Positions 9,250 to 19,889 of a DNA stretch of 63,914 nucleotides are shown here, piece after piece. A program made the translations under genes and the position numbers. Location: NCBI GenBank assembly GCA_022705945.1, contig JAKJDL010000009.1:1-63914 (forward strand), read 5' to 3'. Positions within the stretch are counted from its first letter, which is position 1. Every line of letters begins with the position of its first letter. The notes under the pieces were generated by a model, which was not told where the DNA came from, ran no database searches, and worked only from the letters and a program-made list of their open reading frames with translations. This stretch comes from Candidatus Omnitrophota bacterium. GTDB taxonomy: Bacteria > Omnitrophota > Omnitrophia > Omnitrophales > Aquincolibacteriaceae.

Positions 9250-10074
9250 TCATCCCCTTTTCGCAACAACGGCTTTCAGCGCGGTCAAATCCCGCAGAAG
9301 ATTTTTCAAATCCTTCAACGCGATCGCATTCGCTCCGTCTGAAAGCGCCATCGGCGGATTTTTATGAATCTCCATAAAGATGGAGTCCGCTCCCGCCGCA
9401 ATAGCACAGCGGGAAAGCGTAGGAATGAACTGGGGCGCACCGCCCGAGGAAGTGCCCCTGCCGCCGGGAATCTGCACCGAATGGGTCGCGTCAAAAACAA
9501 CCGGATAGCCGAAGCTCCGCATGACCGGTATCCCGCGAAAGTCATTCACGAGATTATTGTATCCAAAACTCGAACCCCGGTCGGTGATGAGAATTTTTTT
9601 TGTCCCGCATTCTTCGAGTTTCTGAATAATGTTTTTCGTTTCCCACGGGGAAAGAAATTGCCCTTTTTTCACGTTCACGATCCTGCCGGTCCTCGCGGCC
9701 GCGATCAAAAGGTCGGTTTGACGACAAAGGAATGCCGGGATTTGAAGGATGTCGGCAACTTCCGCGGCCGGAGCGGCCTGTTCGGGAGTGTGGATATCGG
9801 TCAGGATGGGAAGTTCCAGCGTTTTTTTGATCCCGGCAAGAACCCTGAGGCCTTTCTCCATACCCGGGCCTCGGAATGAACGGATCGAAGATCGGTTGGC
9901 CTTGTCAAAACTGGCTTTGAAAACATAAGGAATCTTAAGGCCGACCGCGATCTTCCGAATGGCCGCGGCAAGTTTTACCGTGCCGGCCTCGTCTTCGATC
10001 ACGCAAGGACCGCCGATCAAAACAAACCTTTTGGGATCGCCAAAAACAACTTTGCCGAGACTGACTTTATTCAT
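9250..10074 (-). CDS. kdsA: Kdo-8-phosphate synthase
   Basis: [47 protein letters not shown]; start at ATG 10074 overlapping the pyrG 3' end. Confidence 0.97.
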   Translation of the reverse strand: MNKVSLGKVVFGDPKRFVLIGGPCVIEDEAGTVKLAAAIRKIAVGLKIPYVFKASFDKANRSSIRSFRGPGMEKGLRVLAGIKKTLELPILTDIHTPEQAAPAAEVADILQIPAFLCRQTDLLIAAARTGRIVNVKKGQFLSPWETKNIIQKLEECGTKKILITDRGSSFGYNNLVNDFRGIPVMRSFGYPVVFDATHSVQIPGGRGTSSGGAPQFIPTLSRCAIAAGADSIFMEIHKNPPMALSDGANAIALKDLKNLLRDLTALKAVVAKRG

Positions 10075-11746
10075 GAGCAATAACCTTCTCCAGGGTGTCC
10101 GGCGCGACCGGAACGGGTTTGAGTGCAGACTTGGGAAAGTTCGCTTTCTGATATTCCAGAGCACTCGCGATAAAATCACGGAACAGGGGATGCGCCCTGT
10201 CCGGCTTTGATTTAAATTCGGGATGAAACTGGCAGGCGATGAACCACGGATGATGATCAAGTTCGACTATTTCCACAAGCTTTCCGTTCGGAGAAACCCC
10301 CGAGAACTTCATGCCTGCCTTCTGGAATCTTTCCCGGTACTCGTTGTTGAATTCATAACGATGCCGATGGCGTTCCGAGATCTGCTCCGTCTTGTAGGCT
10401 TTGTGGGCCCCGGTGTCTTTTTTCACCTCGCAGGGATACGCGCCCAACCGCATCGCGCCGCCCGCGTCTTTCATCTTCTCCTGTTCCTCCAAAAGACTTA
10501 TGACGGGGAAAGGTGTTTTCTTGTTAAACTCCGTTGAATTGGCACCCTTCATATCGAGCACGTTTCGCGCAAATTCAATCACGGCGCACTGCATACCGAG
10601 ACAAATACCGAAAAACGGGATCTTTTTCTCGCGGGCATGCTGGATCACCCGGAACTTCCCCTCGATCCCGCAGCCGCCGGATCCTCCGGGAACGAGGATC
10701 CCCGCAACGCCTTTGAGCTGGTTGAGAGCCCGAGCGCTTTCAAGTTTCTCGGAGTTGATCCTCTTGATAATAACCTGACTGTCGTTGGCGATCCCGCCGT
10801 GTCTAAGGGACTCATAAATGGATTTATACGCGTCCTGAAGTTCGATATATTCCCCGACCACCGCCACTTTCACGGAAAACCGGGGCCGAAGAGCAATATC
10901 GACCACGTCTTTTTGCCATGCGTGCAGGCTTCCCGCTTTATACTCGATCTTCAGCTTCCGGCAAATCACCTTGTCAATCCCCTGCTCCTTGAACGCCAGC
11001 GGGACCTCGTAGATCGACGAAACATCACGCGCCTCAATCACGGCTTCGGGTTCGACATTGCAGAAAAGCGCGATCTTCGCCTTCATCGGCTTATCGATCC
11101 TTTTTTCAGTGCGGCAAAGAAGAATGTCGGGCTGAATGCCGATCTCACGAAGAGTTCCGACCGAATGTTGGGTCGGTTTCGTCTTGAGCTCCCCGGCGGC
11201 TTTGATATAGGGAACGAGCGTTAAATGAATAAAAAGCGAATTCTCGCGGCCGACTTCGTGTCGAAACTGGCGGATCGCTTCAAGGAACGGAAGCGATTCG
11301 ATGTCGCCGACCGTCCCCCCTATTTCGGTAATCACCACATCACAGCGTTTATTCCTGTAGACTTCCCTGATCCCTTCCTTGATCGCATCCGTAACATGCG
11401 GGACAACCTGAACGGTGCCTCCGAGATAATCCCCGCGGCGCTCCTTCATGATGACCTTGTAATAAATCTGGCCGCTCGTCAGGCTGTTTTCACGGCCATA
11501 GGTGCTGTGGGTGTAGCGTTCGTAGTGGCCAAGATCAAGATCCGTTTCCGCTCCGTCGTCCGTCACGTAGACTTCCCCGTGCTGGTAGGGGCTCATGTTC
11601 CCGGGATCAACGTTCAGGTAAGGGTCCAGCTTCTGGATCGCGACCTTGAGTCCTTTAGCCTCAAGGATCTTCGCTATCGAGGCCGAAGCAATCCCTTTTC
11701 CAAGCGATGAAACCACGCCGCCTGTAACAAAAATATGTTTTGGCAT
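10067..11746 (-). CDS. pyrG: CTP synthase
   Basis: [44 protein letters not shown]; GATase triad GICLG and FHPE present. Confidence 0.98.
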   Translation of the reverse strand: MPKHIFVTGGVVSSLGKGIASASIAKILEAKGLKVAIQKLDPYLNVDPGNMSPYQHGEVYVTDDGAETDLDLGHYERYTHSTYGRENSLTSGQIYYKVIMKERRGDYLGGTVQVVPHVTDAIKEGIREVYRNKRCDVVITEIGGTVGDIESLPFLEAIRQFRHEVGRENSLFIHLTLVPYIKAAGELKTKPTQHSVGTLREIGIQPDILLCRTEKRIDKPMKAKIALFCNVEPEAVIEARDVSSIYEVPLAFKEQGIDKVICRKLKIEYKAGSLHAWQKDVVDIALRPRFSVKVAVVGEYIELQDAYKSIYESLRHGGIANDSQVIIKRINSEKLESARALNQLKGVAGILVPGGSGGCGIEGKFRVIQHAREKKIPFFGICLGMQCAVIEFARNVLDMKGANSTEFNKKTPFPVISLLEEQEKMKDAGGAMRLGAYPCEVKKDTGAHKAYKTEQISERHRHRYEFNNEYRERFQKAGMKFSGVSPNGKLVEIVELDHHPWFIACQFHPEFKSKPDRAHPLFRDFIASALEYQKANFPKSALKPVPVAPDTLEKVIAHE

Positions 11747-11843
11747 ATCAGAAAATCCTCACGGGGTTTGCGTTCAGCCCGCGGCCCCATCTCTAAAAAC
11801 CCCGTCTTTTTTGAATCCAGGATTCAAAAACCCGCGCGCTGAT

Positions 11844-12575
11844 TCAGGCCCGCGCCAAACGCGATTCGACTTCTCTCAAGTCCTCTTCCGTATCCACGCT
11901 GATAAAATCAAAATCCGTTTCGATCACGCGGATCTTCCGGCCCCTTTCGAGGACCCTGAGCTGTTCCAGTTTTTCGGTCGTTTCCAGAGTGCCGGGTTTC
12001 CATTGAACGAACTCCAGCAGAAATCCGCGGCGATATCCGTAAACGCCAAGGTGTTTTAAAAAACTGAATGAGCGGTCCTGGGCCCCCTGGACATACGGAA
12101 CCGGGGATCGCGTAAAATAAAGCGCGTTACCGTCTTCTCCGCAAACAACCTTGACGACATTGGGATTACAAAAAGCCGTTTGATCGGTCATGCGGAAAGC
12201 AAGCGTCAGCATCTCCGGAGACCGGGAGCCCATGAAGATTCTGACCATTTCATCCAGCGCTTTCGGGTCCACCAGCGGCTGGTCCCCCTGGATATTGATC
12301 ACGATCTCGTGATCAAACTTTTGCACGACTTCCGCAATCCGGGAAGTTCCGTTGGGATGGTCGCCACGGGTCATAACCGCCTTCCCGCCAAATCCTCTGA
12401 CGCACCCGGCGATCCGTTCATCGTCGCATGCGACGATCACATCCTCAAGGCTCCGGGCTTTCCGGGCATTTTCCCAGACATGCCGGATCATGGGCATTCC
12501 GGCAATCGTGCGGAGAATCTTTTCGGGAAGACGCGTTGACCCCAGCCTCGCCGGAATGATACCTATGGCTTTCAT
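11844..12575 (-). CDS. kdsB: CMP-Kdo synthetase
   Basis: IIPARLGSTRLPEK, NIQGDQP, NPNVVKVV, HLGVYGYR, EKLEQLRVLE. Confidence 0.97.
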   Translation of the reverse strand: MKAIGIIPARLGSTRLPEKILRTIAGMPMIRHVWENARKARSLEDVIVACDDERIAGCVRGFGGKAVMTRGDHPNGTSRIAEVVQKFDHEIVINIQGDQPLVDPKALDEMVRIFMGSRSPEMLTLAFRMTDQTAFCNPNVVKVVCGEDGNALYFTRSPVPYVQGAQDRSFSFLKHLGVYGYRRGFLLEFVQWKPGTLETTEKLEQLRVLERGRKIRVIETDFDFISVDTEEDLREVESRLARA

Positions 12576-13591
12576 CGCGATCCCGCCCGACGAACCGCTT
12601 CCGTAAGCTCCTCCGGAGAGGCCGTAGCGGTTCCAAGCTTCCCGACGACAATGCCCGCGGCCATGTTCGCGATCCTGGCCGCTTCATGCATCTTCGCGCC
12701 GGCGGCAAGCGAAAGCGCGATCGTCGCTATCACGGTGTCCCCGGCTCCCGAAACGTCATAAACTTCCCTCGCCGCGGTCGGGATTTTCGTAACTCTGCCT
12801 TTTTTTTCAAAAAGGATCATGCCGTCTTCGCCCAGGGTGACGAGAACAGATTCGAGCTTCAGTTTTTTTATGAGTGCCCAGCCGACCGCTTCGAGTTCCG
12901 GGGTCTTGCGCCACGGACCAATCGTCCTCTCATAACCTCCGTAGGCTTCCTTGCGGTTGGGCGTGATACAGGTAACACCGTTGTAATAATCAAAATGTTT
13001 TTCTTTGGGATCCACCAGGACCGGTTTTTTGAATTTTTTGGCAAGCTTGACCACTTCCCGGAGAAGAAAGGGCTGCATGACGCCTTTGCCGTAGTCCTCA
13101 AGGACCACCACATCCATGGTCCTGATCATCTGATGGACGAACTTTAGGATTTTGTTGAGATTGGCGAGCGATACGTCTTCCGTTTTTTCCCGGTCAAAAC
13201 GCACCATTTGCTGGGAGTGGGCAATCACCCGCGTTTTCAAAGTCGTCGGCCGCGACGGGTCATAAACGATTCCTCCCGTTTCAATACCCTGATGGCGCAT
13301 CGTCTTGACCAGCATCCTTCCGTAAAGATCCCGTCCGACCACCCCGCAGGGAAAGGCCGAACCCGCAAGGGAGCGGATATTGTTGGCAACATTCAGGGAT
13401 CCTCCCGGCATATAGGATTCCCGCTTGACATCGACAACAGGAACCGGGGCTTCGGGAGAGATCCGGGAGACATTTCCCCAAACAAATTGATCGAGGATAA
13501 AGTCCCCTATGACAAGAATCTTCACTGTTCGGAAACCAGCGATGATATCAAGAAAACGTCTTTTCTCGGATGCCGTAAGGGTATTTTTCAT
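12572..13591 (-). CDS. rfaE1: D-glycero-beta-D-manno-heptose-7-phosphate kinase (stand-alone RfaE domain I)
   Basis: VIGDFILD, RISPEAPVPVV, TTLKTRV, DYGKG, YDVSGAGDTVIA, GIVVGKLGTA. Confidence 0.95.
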   Translation of the reverse strand: MKNTLTASEKRRFLDIIAGFRTVKILVIGDFILDQFVWGNVSRISPEAPVPVVDVKRESYMPGGSLNVANNIRSLAGSAFPCGVVGRDLYGRMLVKTMRHQGIETGGIVYDPSRPTTLKTRVIAHSQQMVRFDREKTEDVSLANLNKILKFVHQMIRTMDVVVLEDYGKGVMQPFLLREVVKLAKKFKKPVLVDPKEKHFDYYNGVTCITPNRKEAYGGYERTIGPWRKTPELEAVGWALIKKLKLESVLVTLGEDGMILFEKKGRVTKIPTAAREVYDVSGAGDTVIATIALSLAAGAKMHEAARIANMAAGIVVGKLGTATASPEELTEAVRRAGSR

Positions 13592-13652
13592 AAGGAGTTA
13601 TGGTAAAGGGACAGGGATCTGAAGCCTAGCCTCTTTATTTTATGAAGGGGTT

Positions 13653-13681
13653 ATGATAACACCGTCAGAACGGGGTGTCAA
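13653..13681 (-). promoter_or_regulatory. Sigma70-type promoter upstream of rfaE1
   Basis: TTGACA (13681-13676), 17-nt spacer, TG-extended TATCAT (13658-13653). Confidence 0.75.
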
Positions 13682-13729
13682 CGAAAGGAACCCCTCACAA
13701 CCCTTTTCTTTTCAACAAGTTACGAGAGT

Positions 13730-15256
13730 TTATCCGTCAAAAAGATTGGCGGATGCAAATTCCGGATCACTCGTGAAATGGATCCGGAGTTTACGAAGCG
13801 CTTTTTCATCACCCGGCGTGGGGATATGAGTGATATGCATTTCGCAATCCCGGAGGGTTTTTAAATTCTCCAGGGCCTTCTGCGCGGTGGGATTCGTGGT
13901 CGCGCTCATGCTGAGAGCTATCAGTATCTCCTCGAGATCCAGGCTGACCGTTTTGTTCCCAAAGATATGCTGCTTGAGCGCTCCGATCGAGTGGATAACA
14001 TTAGGCGACAGAAGGTGGATGTCTTCCGGAAGACATGCCAGCTGTTTGACGGCGTTCAAAACCGCGCTCGATGCCGCATGCATTAACGGCGTATTTTTTC
14101 CGGTCACAACGGCGCCTCCGGGAAGTTCTATCGCCGCTCCGCAGAAAACTCCCTGGTTCCCTTTTCCGGCCTTCTGCGCCTCTTTTGCCGCTTCACGGGC
14201 GGGTATCACAACCCGGCGGTTTTCAGGTTTCACTTCGAGGTCATCCATGAGAAGCTCTGTTTTCTCGACAGCTTCCTTTTCTACATAACCCATCCGGTAG
14301 TCGCACGCACACTGAAAATACCGCGCGATCACCTCCTGGACAGCGGCTCTCCTCACCACCTCATCATCCACAATGCCGAATCCCGCGCGGTTCACTCCCA
14401 TATCGGTCGGAGATTCATAATAAGACTCTCCGCCCGTGATCTTTTTCAGAATTCTTTTGAGAACGGGGAACACCTCAACGTCACGATTGTAGTTCACCGT
14501 GGTCTCTTTATATTTCTCCAGATGGAAAGGATCTATCATGTTGGTGTCAAGAAGATCCGTCGTGGCGGCTTCATAAGCGATATTGACCGGATGCTTCAAG
14601 GGGATGTTCCAAATGGGGAAGGTTTCGAATTTCGCGTATCCGCTTGCGAGACCCTGTTTGTGATCGTGATAAAGCTGGGAAAGACATGTCGCAAGTTTCC
14701 CGCTTCCGGGTCCGGGACCGGCAACAACCACGAGCGGTTTTTTCGTGACGATATATTCATTCGCGCCGTATCCCTCGTCGCTTACGATCATATCCACGTC
14801 GTTTGGATATCCTTTCGTAAAACGGTGAGTATAAGTGCGGATGCCGCGTCGTTCCAGCTTGTTCTTGAAGATCTTGGCGGCCGGCTGGTCTGAAAACCGC
14901 GTGATCACGACCGCGGCCACATCAAGTTCCCAGCCCCGATATTCATCGATCATTCTGTAAATATCCACATCGTAGGTAATCCCGAAATCCGCGCGCATTT
15001 TACGACGTTCAATATCGCCGGCATGAACGCAAATAATAATCTCGGCTTTATCGCGGAGTTTGTGAAGGAGCCGCATTTTGACGTTGGGATCAAACCCCGG
15101 AAGGACCCGCATGGCATGGAAATCACCGATGATTTTCCCGCCGAATTCCAGATAAAGTTTATCACTGAAGCGCTCGACGCGCTCCAGAATGGCCGCGGAC
15201 TGCTCGTTAAGATATTTGAGATTATCAAACCCGATCTTCCCGTCCGCTACGGGCAT
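13730..15256 (-). CDS. DUF1846 (UPF0371) domain protein
   Basis: KIGFDNLKYL, KLYLEFGGK, HAMRVLPGFDPN, GPGPGSGKLATC, GYAKFETFPIWN, YESPTDMGVN. Confidence 0.88.
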   Translation of the reverse strand: MPVADGKIGFDNLKYLNEQSAAILERVERFSDKLYLEFGGKIIGDFHAMRVLPGFDPNVKMRLLHKLRDKAEIIICVHAGDIERRKMRADFGITYDVDIYRMIDEYRGWELDVAAVVITRFSDQPAAKIFKNKLERRGIRTYTHRFTKGYPNDVDMIVSDEGYGANEYIVTKKPLVVVAGPGPGSGKLATCLSQLYHDHKQGLASGYAKFETFPIWNIPLKHPVNIAYEAATTDLLDTNMIDPFHLEKYKETTVNYNRDVEVFPVLKRILKKITGGESYYESPTDMGVNRAGFGIVDDEVVRRAAVQEVIARYFQCACDYRMGYVEKEAVEKTELLMDDLEVKPENRRVVIPAREAAKEAQKAGKGNQGVFCGAAIELPGGAVVTGKNTPLMHAASSAVLNAVKQLACLPEDIHLLSPNVIHSIGALKQHIFGNKTVSLDLEEILIALSMSATTNPTAQKALENLKTLRDCEMHITHIPTPGDEKALRKLRIHFTSDPEFASANLFDG

Positions 15257-15346
15257 ATCGCCCCTCCTGTTTCAAAATGTGAGATTTTCCGCTAAGCCCG
15301 ACCCGGGGTTTACTAAACCGCACTTCCTTGCCGGAAACCCCCGGGA

Positions 15347-15616
15347 CTATTTCCTGGAATCGGGGCAGGACTTACAATCGCCCGAGCAAGATGCCGCCGG
15401 TTTGTCCTTCTCCGAAGACGCCTTGTAACTTTGGGACCGGTAATCCGTTTGATAAAATCCGGCGCCCTTGAAGAGAACTCCCGCTCCCCCATGGATCTGT
15501 CTTTTTGCTTTCGCCTTCCCGCATACGGGACATTTCCGCACGGGTTTATCGCTCATCGACTGGAACTTTTCGAACTGGTGCCCGCAGGCACCGCATTCAT
15601 ATCCGTAAGTAGGCAT
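15347..15616 (-). CDS. FmdB-family zinc-ribbon protein
   Basis: MPTYGYECGACGHQFE...CPVCG...FKGAGFYQTDY. Confidence 0.92.
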   Translation of the reverse strand: MPTYGYECGACGHQFEKFQSMSDKPVRKCPVCGKAKAKRQIHGGAGVLFKGAGFYQTDYRSQSYKASSEKDKPAASCSGDCKSCPDSRK

Positions 15617-15651
15617 GATTTATTTCCCCTCTCAGTTTCAGAACGGCGGGT

Positions 15652-15679
15652 ATTATAAGATAAAGATTCCGTCTTTCAA
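15652..15679 (-). promoter_or_regulatory. Sigma70-type promoter upstream of the FmdB-family gene
   Basis: TTGAAA (15679-15674), 16-nt spacer, TATAAT (15657-15652). Confidence 0.65.
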
Positions 15680-16536
15680 TTCAAGTTTTGCGGCCGCCCC
15701 GGATCATAATCGGAAATCGTCGCCGTCACATCGCCAAGCACGGGAATTTTGACTTTCATAACGACCGGAATACGCCGCTCATCCATGCTCATCCAGCCGC
15801 GGACTTTCCCGCGGCGCACAAAAAACCCCTCGAACATGATAATAGGCTCCACCTCGATCGCCCGAAAGGTCCCCATGCCCTCGATTTTCATTTCTCGCAC
15901 TTCGTGCGCGAGAACCTCAAGGTCCCAGTTTTTCTCATCCGCATTTACGGGGATCGTCGCTTTGGTTCCCGGTTTCACGTCAAGCGTCCGGTAGTAATAA
16001 CCGCACGAGATCTGATCCTGGACATCTTTCGGGATGAACATTTCCTTGCGGCTGTTGTCTTTTTTGGAATAGAACTTGCCGATATTTGCCGTCTGGTCGT
16101 ATTCCATTACTTCGTCCGTCCAGTATCTCCCTTCCTGAATGGTTTTTTCATAGCGGAGCGAATGAATTTTTTCGGCATCGATGTAGGAATGATGGGTGTC
16201 GCGAACCCTGTAAATCCAGTCGAGAATGGTTTTGGAGCGGATATTGATCTCAACATGATAAGCGTCGCGCCCGTTGACCGAAACGATCTCCTTGACCAGC
16301 GACTCCGCCTCTCCCACGGGAAGACCCATGTAGGTAATCCGGAATTTTATCCGTTCCCCGAGGAACAAGCCGCCGGCAGGTCGCTCGGACGGAGGATAAA
16401 CCGTTTCCGATTCCGCCGCAAAAACCGGAATTGCCGGAAAATAAAACAGAAGGAGAAAGATCGTTCCCGCCGCGTAGCGGAAGAACGCGCGGCATAACGA
16501 TCTTCGGGAAAAGGAAAATCCCGGACCGCGTCTCAC
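15676..16536 (-). CDS. DUF3108 domain exported protein
   Basis: Signal-like N-terminus, GERIKFRITYMGLPVGEA, YRVRDTHHSYID, QDQISCGYYYR, WMSMDERRIPVVM; GTG 16536 preferred as start because it overlaps the stop of the small upstream ORF. Confidence 0.75.
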   Translation of the reverse strand: MRRGPGFSFSRRSLCRAFFRYAAGTIFLLLFYFPAIPVFAAESETVYPPSERPAGGLFLGERIKFRITYMGLPVGEAESLVKEIVSVNGRDAYHVEINIRSKTILDWIYRVRDTHHSYIDAEKIHSLRYEKTIQEGRYWTDEVMEYDQTANIGKFYSKKDNSRKEMFIPKDVQDQISCGYYYRTLDVKPGTKATIPVNADEKNWDLEVLAHEVREMKIEGMGTFRAIEVEPIIMFEGFFVRRGKVRGWMSMDERRIPVVMKVKIPVLGDVTATISDYDPGRPQNLN

Positions 16537-16691
16537 CGGATACCCCCGTCGGGTCCGGTCGCGAACCTTTTGCAAGAACCCATACCGTCGCAACAGATCT
16601 CTTTGACGAGCGACACCTTTTTTCCCTTATCCAAGATCAAAACCCTTTCCGCCGGGTCGTGATGCAAGCCCGCATCCGTTACGTTTTTCAT
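16533..16691 (-). CDS. Small 52-aa hypothetical protein with CCxxxxxC
   Basis: Below ORF-track cut-off. MKNVTDAGLHHDPAERVLILDKGKKVSLVKEICCDGMGSCKRFATGPDGGIR; fills the operon gap and its TGA overlaps the DUF3108 GTG. Confidence 0.5.
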   Translation of the reverse strand: MKNVTDAGLHHDPAERVLILDKGKKVSLVKEICCDGMGSCKRFATGPDGGIR

Positions 16692-16714
16692 GGTTGACCC
16701 CGATAGGTTTTCGC

Positions 16715-17815
16715 TCAGCCATGATCTTTGTCTCTCCCAAAAAATTGCTCTATCTGATGGAACGCTTCGTCAGAGCTCAGCGTTTTCAAACAGGCGATCG
16801 TCGGGCACTCCTTGTTGAATCGAAACTTATAATAGCATGGGCGGCAGGCAAGGCCATGTTTAAAGATGGCGGCGGCATTCGCGGAAGGAGGATAGGGGCC
16901 GTAAACTTCCGGAGGGACAGGTCCATAAAAAGCCGCAAGCGGAACTTCGAGCGCTCGGGCCAGATGCACCAAGCCTCCGTCATTTCCGATAAAAAGCGAG
17001 GATTTCTCAAGAAGAATCGCCGTTTCGGCGAGCGACGCTTCCCCCGCCATCACTACCGCCCGCAGGTTGAGTGAGTTTTTCAAATCCTCACAAAGTCCGG
17101 CCTCAGATCGGCTGCCGAGGATGCAGACCCCTGTGAATTTATGTTTAGCCGCCATTTTCCCGATCAGCTCCGCGAAGTTCGCGGCGGGCCACCGTTTGAA
17201 ATCCGCTTCTCTTCCCCACGAGTCCCCTCCGCCGGGGCTCACCGCGATAAACTTTTCCCCTAGAGTATCAAGTCTCGCGGCGAGTTTCGCTTCAAGTCCG
17301 GCCTTGTCGGGCGGAAAATAATATTCAAGGAATCTGTCCGTAACCCGTATCCCGGCCGCCTCGGCAAGCCCGGCGTAAAAATCCGCGGCATGACGTTTCC
17401 GGTAACCTTCCGGAAGCGGATAGCGGATATTGTGAAAGATCGCCCGCCGTTTGTAGGCGAACCCCGCCCGTTTCGGTATGCCGAGAAAAACAAGCGACCA
17501 GAATGCGTTTTCGGGCCGGAGGGAGAAATCAAGAAGCAGGTCGTAGCGCTTCGCACGAAGTTTTCGACCGAGCACCCCAAGCTCCCGAAAATTTTCGAAA
17601 CGGGTTTGACTGCGAAGCTTGTCTTTATCAAGCACAAAGATTTCATTCACATGCGGGTTATGTTCCACCGCTTCCCGGGATCTGGAGCCGAGAAGCAGAT
17701 CGACCGTTTCAACCCGGGGGATCAGTTTAAGGGCTCTCAGAACCGGTGTCACAAAAAGCAGGTCCCCGATCCCATAGGGGTGAACGACCAGGACCCTCCG
17801 GAGAGAACGCATCAT
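16715..17815 (-). CDS. Glycosyltransferase family 9 (heptosyltransferase-like)
   Basis: HPYGIGDLLFVTP, HNPHVNE, KRWPAANF, FIGNDGGLVHLA; start at ATG 17815 (ATGA overlap). Confidence 0.9.
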   Translation of the reverse strand: MMRSLRRVLVVHPYGIGDLLFVTPVLRALKLIPRVETVDLLLGSRSREAVEHNPHVNEIFVLDKDKLRSQTRFENFRELGVLGRKLRAKRYDLLLDFSLRPENAFWSLVFLGIPKRAGFAYKRRAIFHNIRYPLPEGYRKRHAADFYAGLAEAAGIRVTDRFLEYYFPPDKAGLEAKLAARLDTLGEKFIAVSPGGGDSWGREADFKRWPAANFAELIGKMAAKHKFTGVCILGSRSEAGLCEDLKNSLNLRAVVMAGEASLAETAILLEKSSLFIGNDGGLVHLARALEVPLAAFYGPVPPEVYGPYPPSANAAAIFKHGLACRPCYYKFRFNKECPTIACLKTLSSDEAFHQIEQFFGRDKDHG

Positions 17816-18876
17816 GTTTTTATTCCTTCCCGGCCGGTCTCCTCGAGAAGATCCCGGGCGGCAGAACAGACTTCCTGCACCGTGATCTGATCGATGTAGG
17901 TAAATTTTCTTTCCGGTTCCGGGACACCGGAAACGTCTTTGGCGACAATGCGACAAGCGCGGCCGATCGGCTTCCACCGGTTGGGCCCGAGACCGGCTTC
18001 ATACCGCCCGAAAATGGAAACGACCGGACATCCGACGGCTGACGCGATATGAACCGGGCCGGAATCGTTTGAAACAAGAAGCCGGGAGCGTTTTAAAAGA
18101 ACACCGAGCATCCCGAGCGTTAGACGGCCCCCGAGATCAATCACGGGCACCGGGCTCTTTTCCCGCAGGCTTTCCACAACCGGACGATCCGCCTCCGATC
18201 CGATCGCCAGAAAAACACATTTCATCTCCCGCCCAAGCTTCGCGGCAAGCTCCGCGAACTTCTCCGCCGGCCACATTTTCGTAACATCGCTCGCCGCAGG
18301 GCTCAGAACAATCCACGGCATGTCGTTCGGGACCCTGAGATGAAAAAGAAGATTCCGAAGCGAGTCTCGGGAGCGCTCCGTCACGGGAACAAATGTTTCA
18401 AGACGCGCGGGCATCGAAATACCCAGAGGCTCAAGCAGGTCAAAAAGATATTCTGCTTCGTGCCTTTGTCCGAGTTTTTTATCATAAGGATGAACGTGCG
18501 TGAGCGCCCACGGTGAGCGACGGTCATAGCCGATGCGAACCGGGATCCCGGCCAGCAGAGCGGCAAGATGAACCCGGTTCGTCGCGTGACAATGAACGGC
18601 AAGATCGAAACGTTTCTTTCTGAGTGTCCCCGCAAAAAGGATCTGTCCCCATATTGTTTTTTCGCTCCCTTTTTTATCATAGAGGATCACTTCATCGATA
18701 TAAGGATTCCCGCGGACGATATCCCGGTGTTCGATAAAAACAAGTGCCGCGATCCACGCTTTCGGGAACCGCCCGCGGAGCGCCTTTAAAACGGGTGTCG
18801 TCAGCACAAGGTCCCCGATACGGTCGGTGCGCGTAACGAGTATCCTTGGATTTCCGGACAATCTGATTGATTTCAT
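17812..18876 (-). CDS. Glycosyltransferase family 9
   Basis: RTDRIGDLVLTTP, NPYIDEV, KMWPAEKF, VSNDSGPVHIA; start at MKSIR. Confidence 0.9.
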   Translation of the reverse strand: MKSIRLSGNPRILVTRTDRIGDLVLTTPVLKALRGRFPKAWIAALVFIEHRDIVRGNPYIDEVILYDKKGSEKTIWGQILFAGTLRKKRFDLAVHCHATNRVHLAALLAGIPVRIGYDRRSPWALTHVHPYDKKLGQRHEAEYLFDLLEPLGISMPARLETFVPVTERSRDSLRNLLFHLRVPNDMPWIVLSPAASDVTKMWPAEKFAELAAKLGREMKCVFLAIGSEADRPVVESLREKSPVPVIDLGGRLTLGMLGVLLKRSRLLVSNDSGPVHIASAVGCPVVSIFGRYEAGLGPNRWKPIGRACRIVAKDVSGVPEPERKFTYIDQITVQEVCSAARDLLEETGREGIKT

Positions 18877-18902
18877 GTTTTCCTGATCCGTACAACGGGC
18901 CG

Positions 18903-19889
18903 TCATTGAGCGCCTGTCCCCTGTTGCATAAGCTGTGCGCATGATCGGAGAACCTGTTCCGGCGAAAGTCCGTGAAAACAGCTTCGTTCGGAATAAGGCA
19001 AGAGATGCGAGTTGCAACCACAGGCATCCTCATCGGCGATCGCGACCCGGAACTTCGGACCCTTGTGCCCGTATTTTTTGTGATCGGTCGGGCCGAAAAT
19101 CCCGACCGTAGAGGCTCCCGTTTCATAACCAAGGTGCATGATCGCGCTATCGTTAGCGATCACAAGCGCCGCCCTTGAGAGCAGGAAGGCAGTTTCAGAA
19201 AGTGAGGTTTCTCCCGCCAAAACACGGACACGAGCAGGCATCCCTTTGGCCGTTTCTTCCGCGATCGCCCTCTCTTCCTTGGATCCGATCAAAAGAACAT
19301 CTTTCGAGGTCTTCACCGCAAGCTCCCTTATAACTTCCCGGAACGACCCCGCGGGCCAGCGTTTCCGCTCGCTTGCCGCTCCCGGCGCGACAAGTATCCA
19401 GCCGGATTTTTCCCCGATGCCGGCCTCTTCGATTTTTTTTAAAAGAGATATTTCATCCGCCTCATCAAAAAAACGGAAGGGCGCCGTCTCGGGAGCCTGC
19501 ATGCCCATCATGGAAAGAACTTCCAGATGCCGTTCGCGCATGTTGATCTTCTTATACTTCCGGAACAGCGGACTCCTTCTGGGAGCCAGCACCAGGAACG
19601 GGATTGCGGTGTTCCTGAGGTCCACAACCATATCGTAGCGGTCCTTCCAAAGTTCAAGCAGGAATTCCCATTTGCCCCAAAGGTCCGCTTTTTTGTCATA
19701 AACCACGATTCGCTGAATGGCTTTGCTTTTTTCGAGAACTGGTTTTGCTTTCGGGCCGACCACCACCGTGATCCGCGCCTCCGGAAACCGCATCCGGAGC
19801 GCCATAATAACGGGCGTAGTCATCACAACATCTCCGATATTACTGAGCGTCACCACCAAAATGCTTCCGGGTTCCTTTACCGGTTTCAT
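18903..19889 (-). CDS. Glycosyltransferase family 9
   Basis: LSNIGDVVMTTP, KRWPAGSF, IANDSAIMHLG. Confidence 0.9.
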   Translation of the reverse strand: MKPVKEPGSILVVTLSNIGDVVMTTPVIMALRMRFPEARITVVVGPKAKPVLEKSKAIQRIVVYDKKADLWGKWEFLLELWKDRYDMVVDLRNTAIPFLVLAPRRSPLFRKYKKINMRERHLEVLSMMGMQAPETAPFRFFDEADEISLLKKIEEAGIGEKSGWILVAPGAASERKRWPAGSFREVIRELAVKTSKDVLLIGSKEERAIAEETAKGMPARVRVLAGETSLSETAFLLSRAALVIANDSAIMHLGYETGASTVGIFGPTDHKKYGHKGPKFRVAIADEDACGCNSHLLPYSERSCFHGLSPEQVLRSCAQLMQQGTGAQ

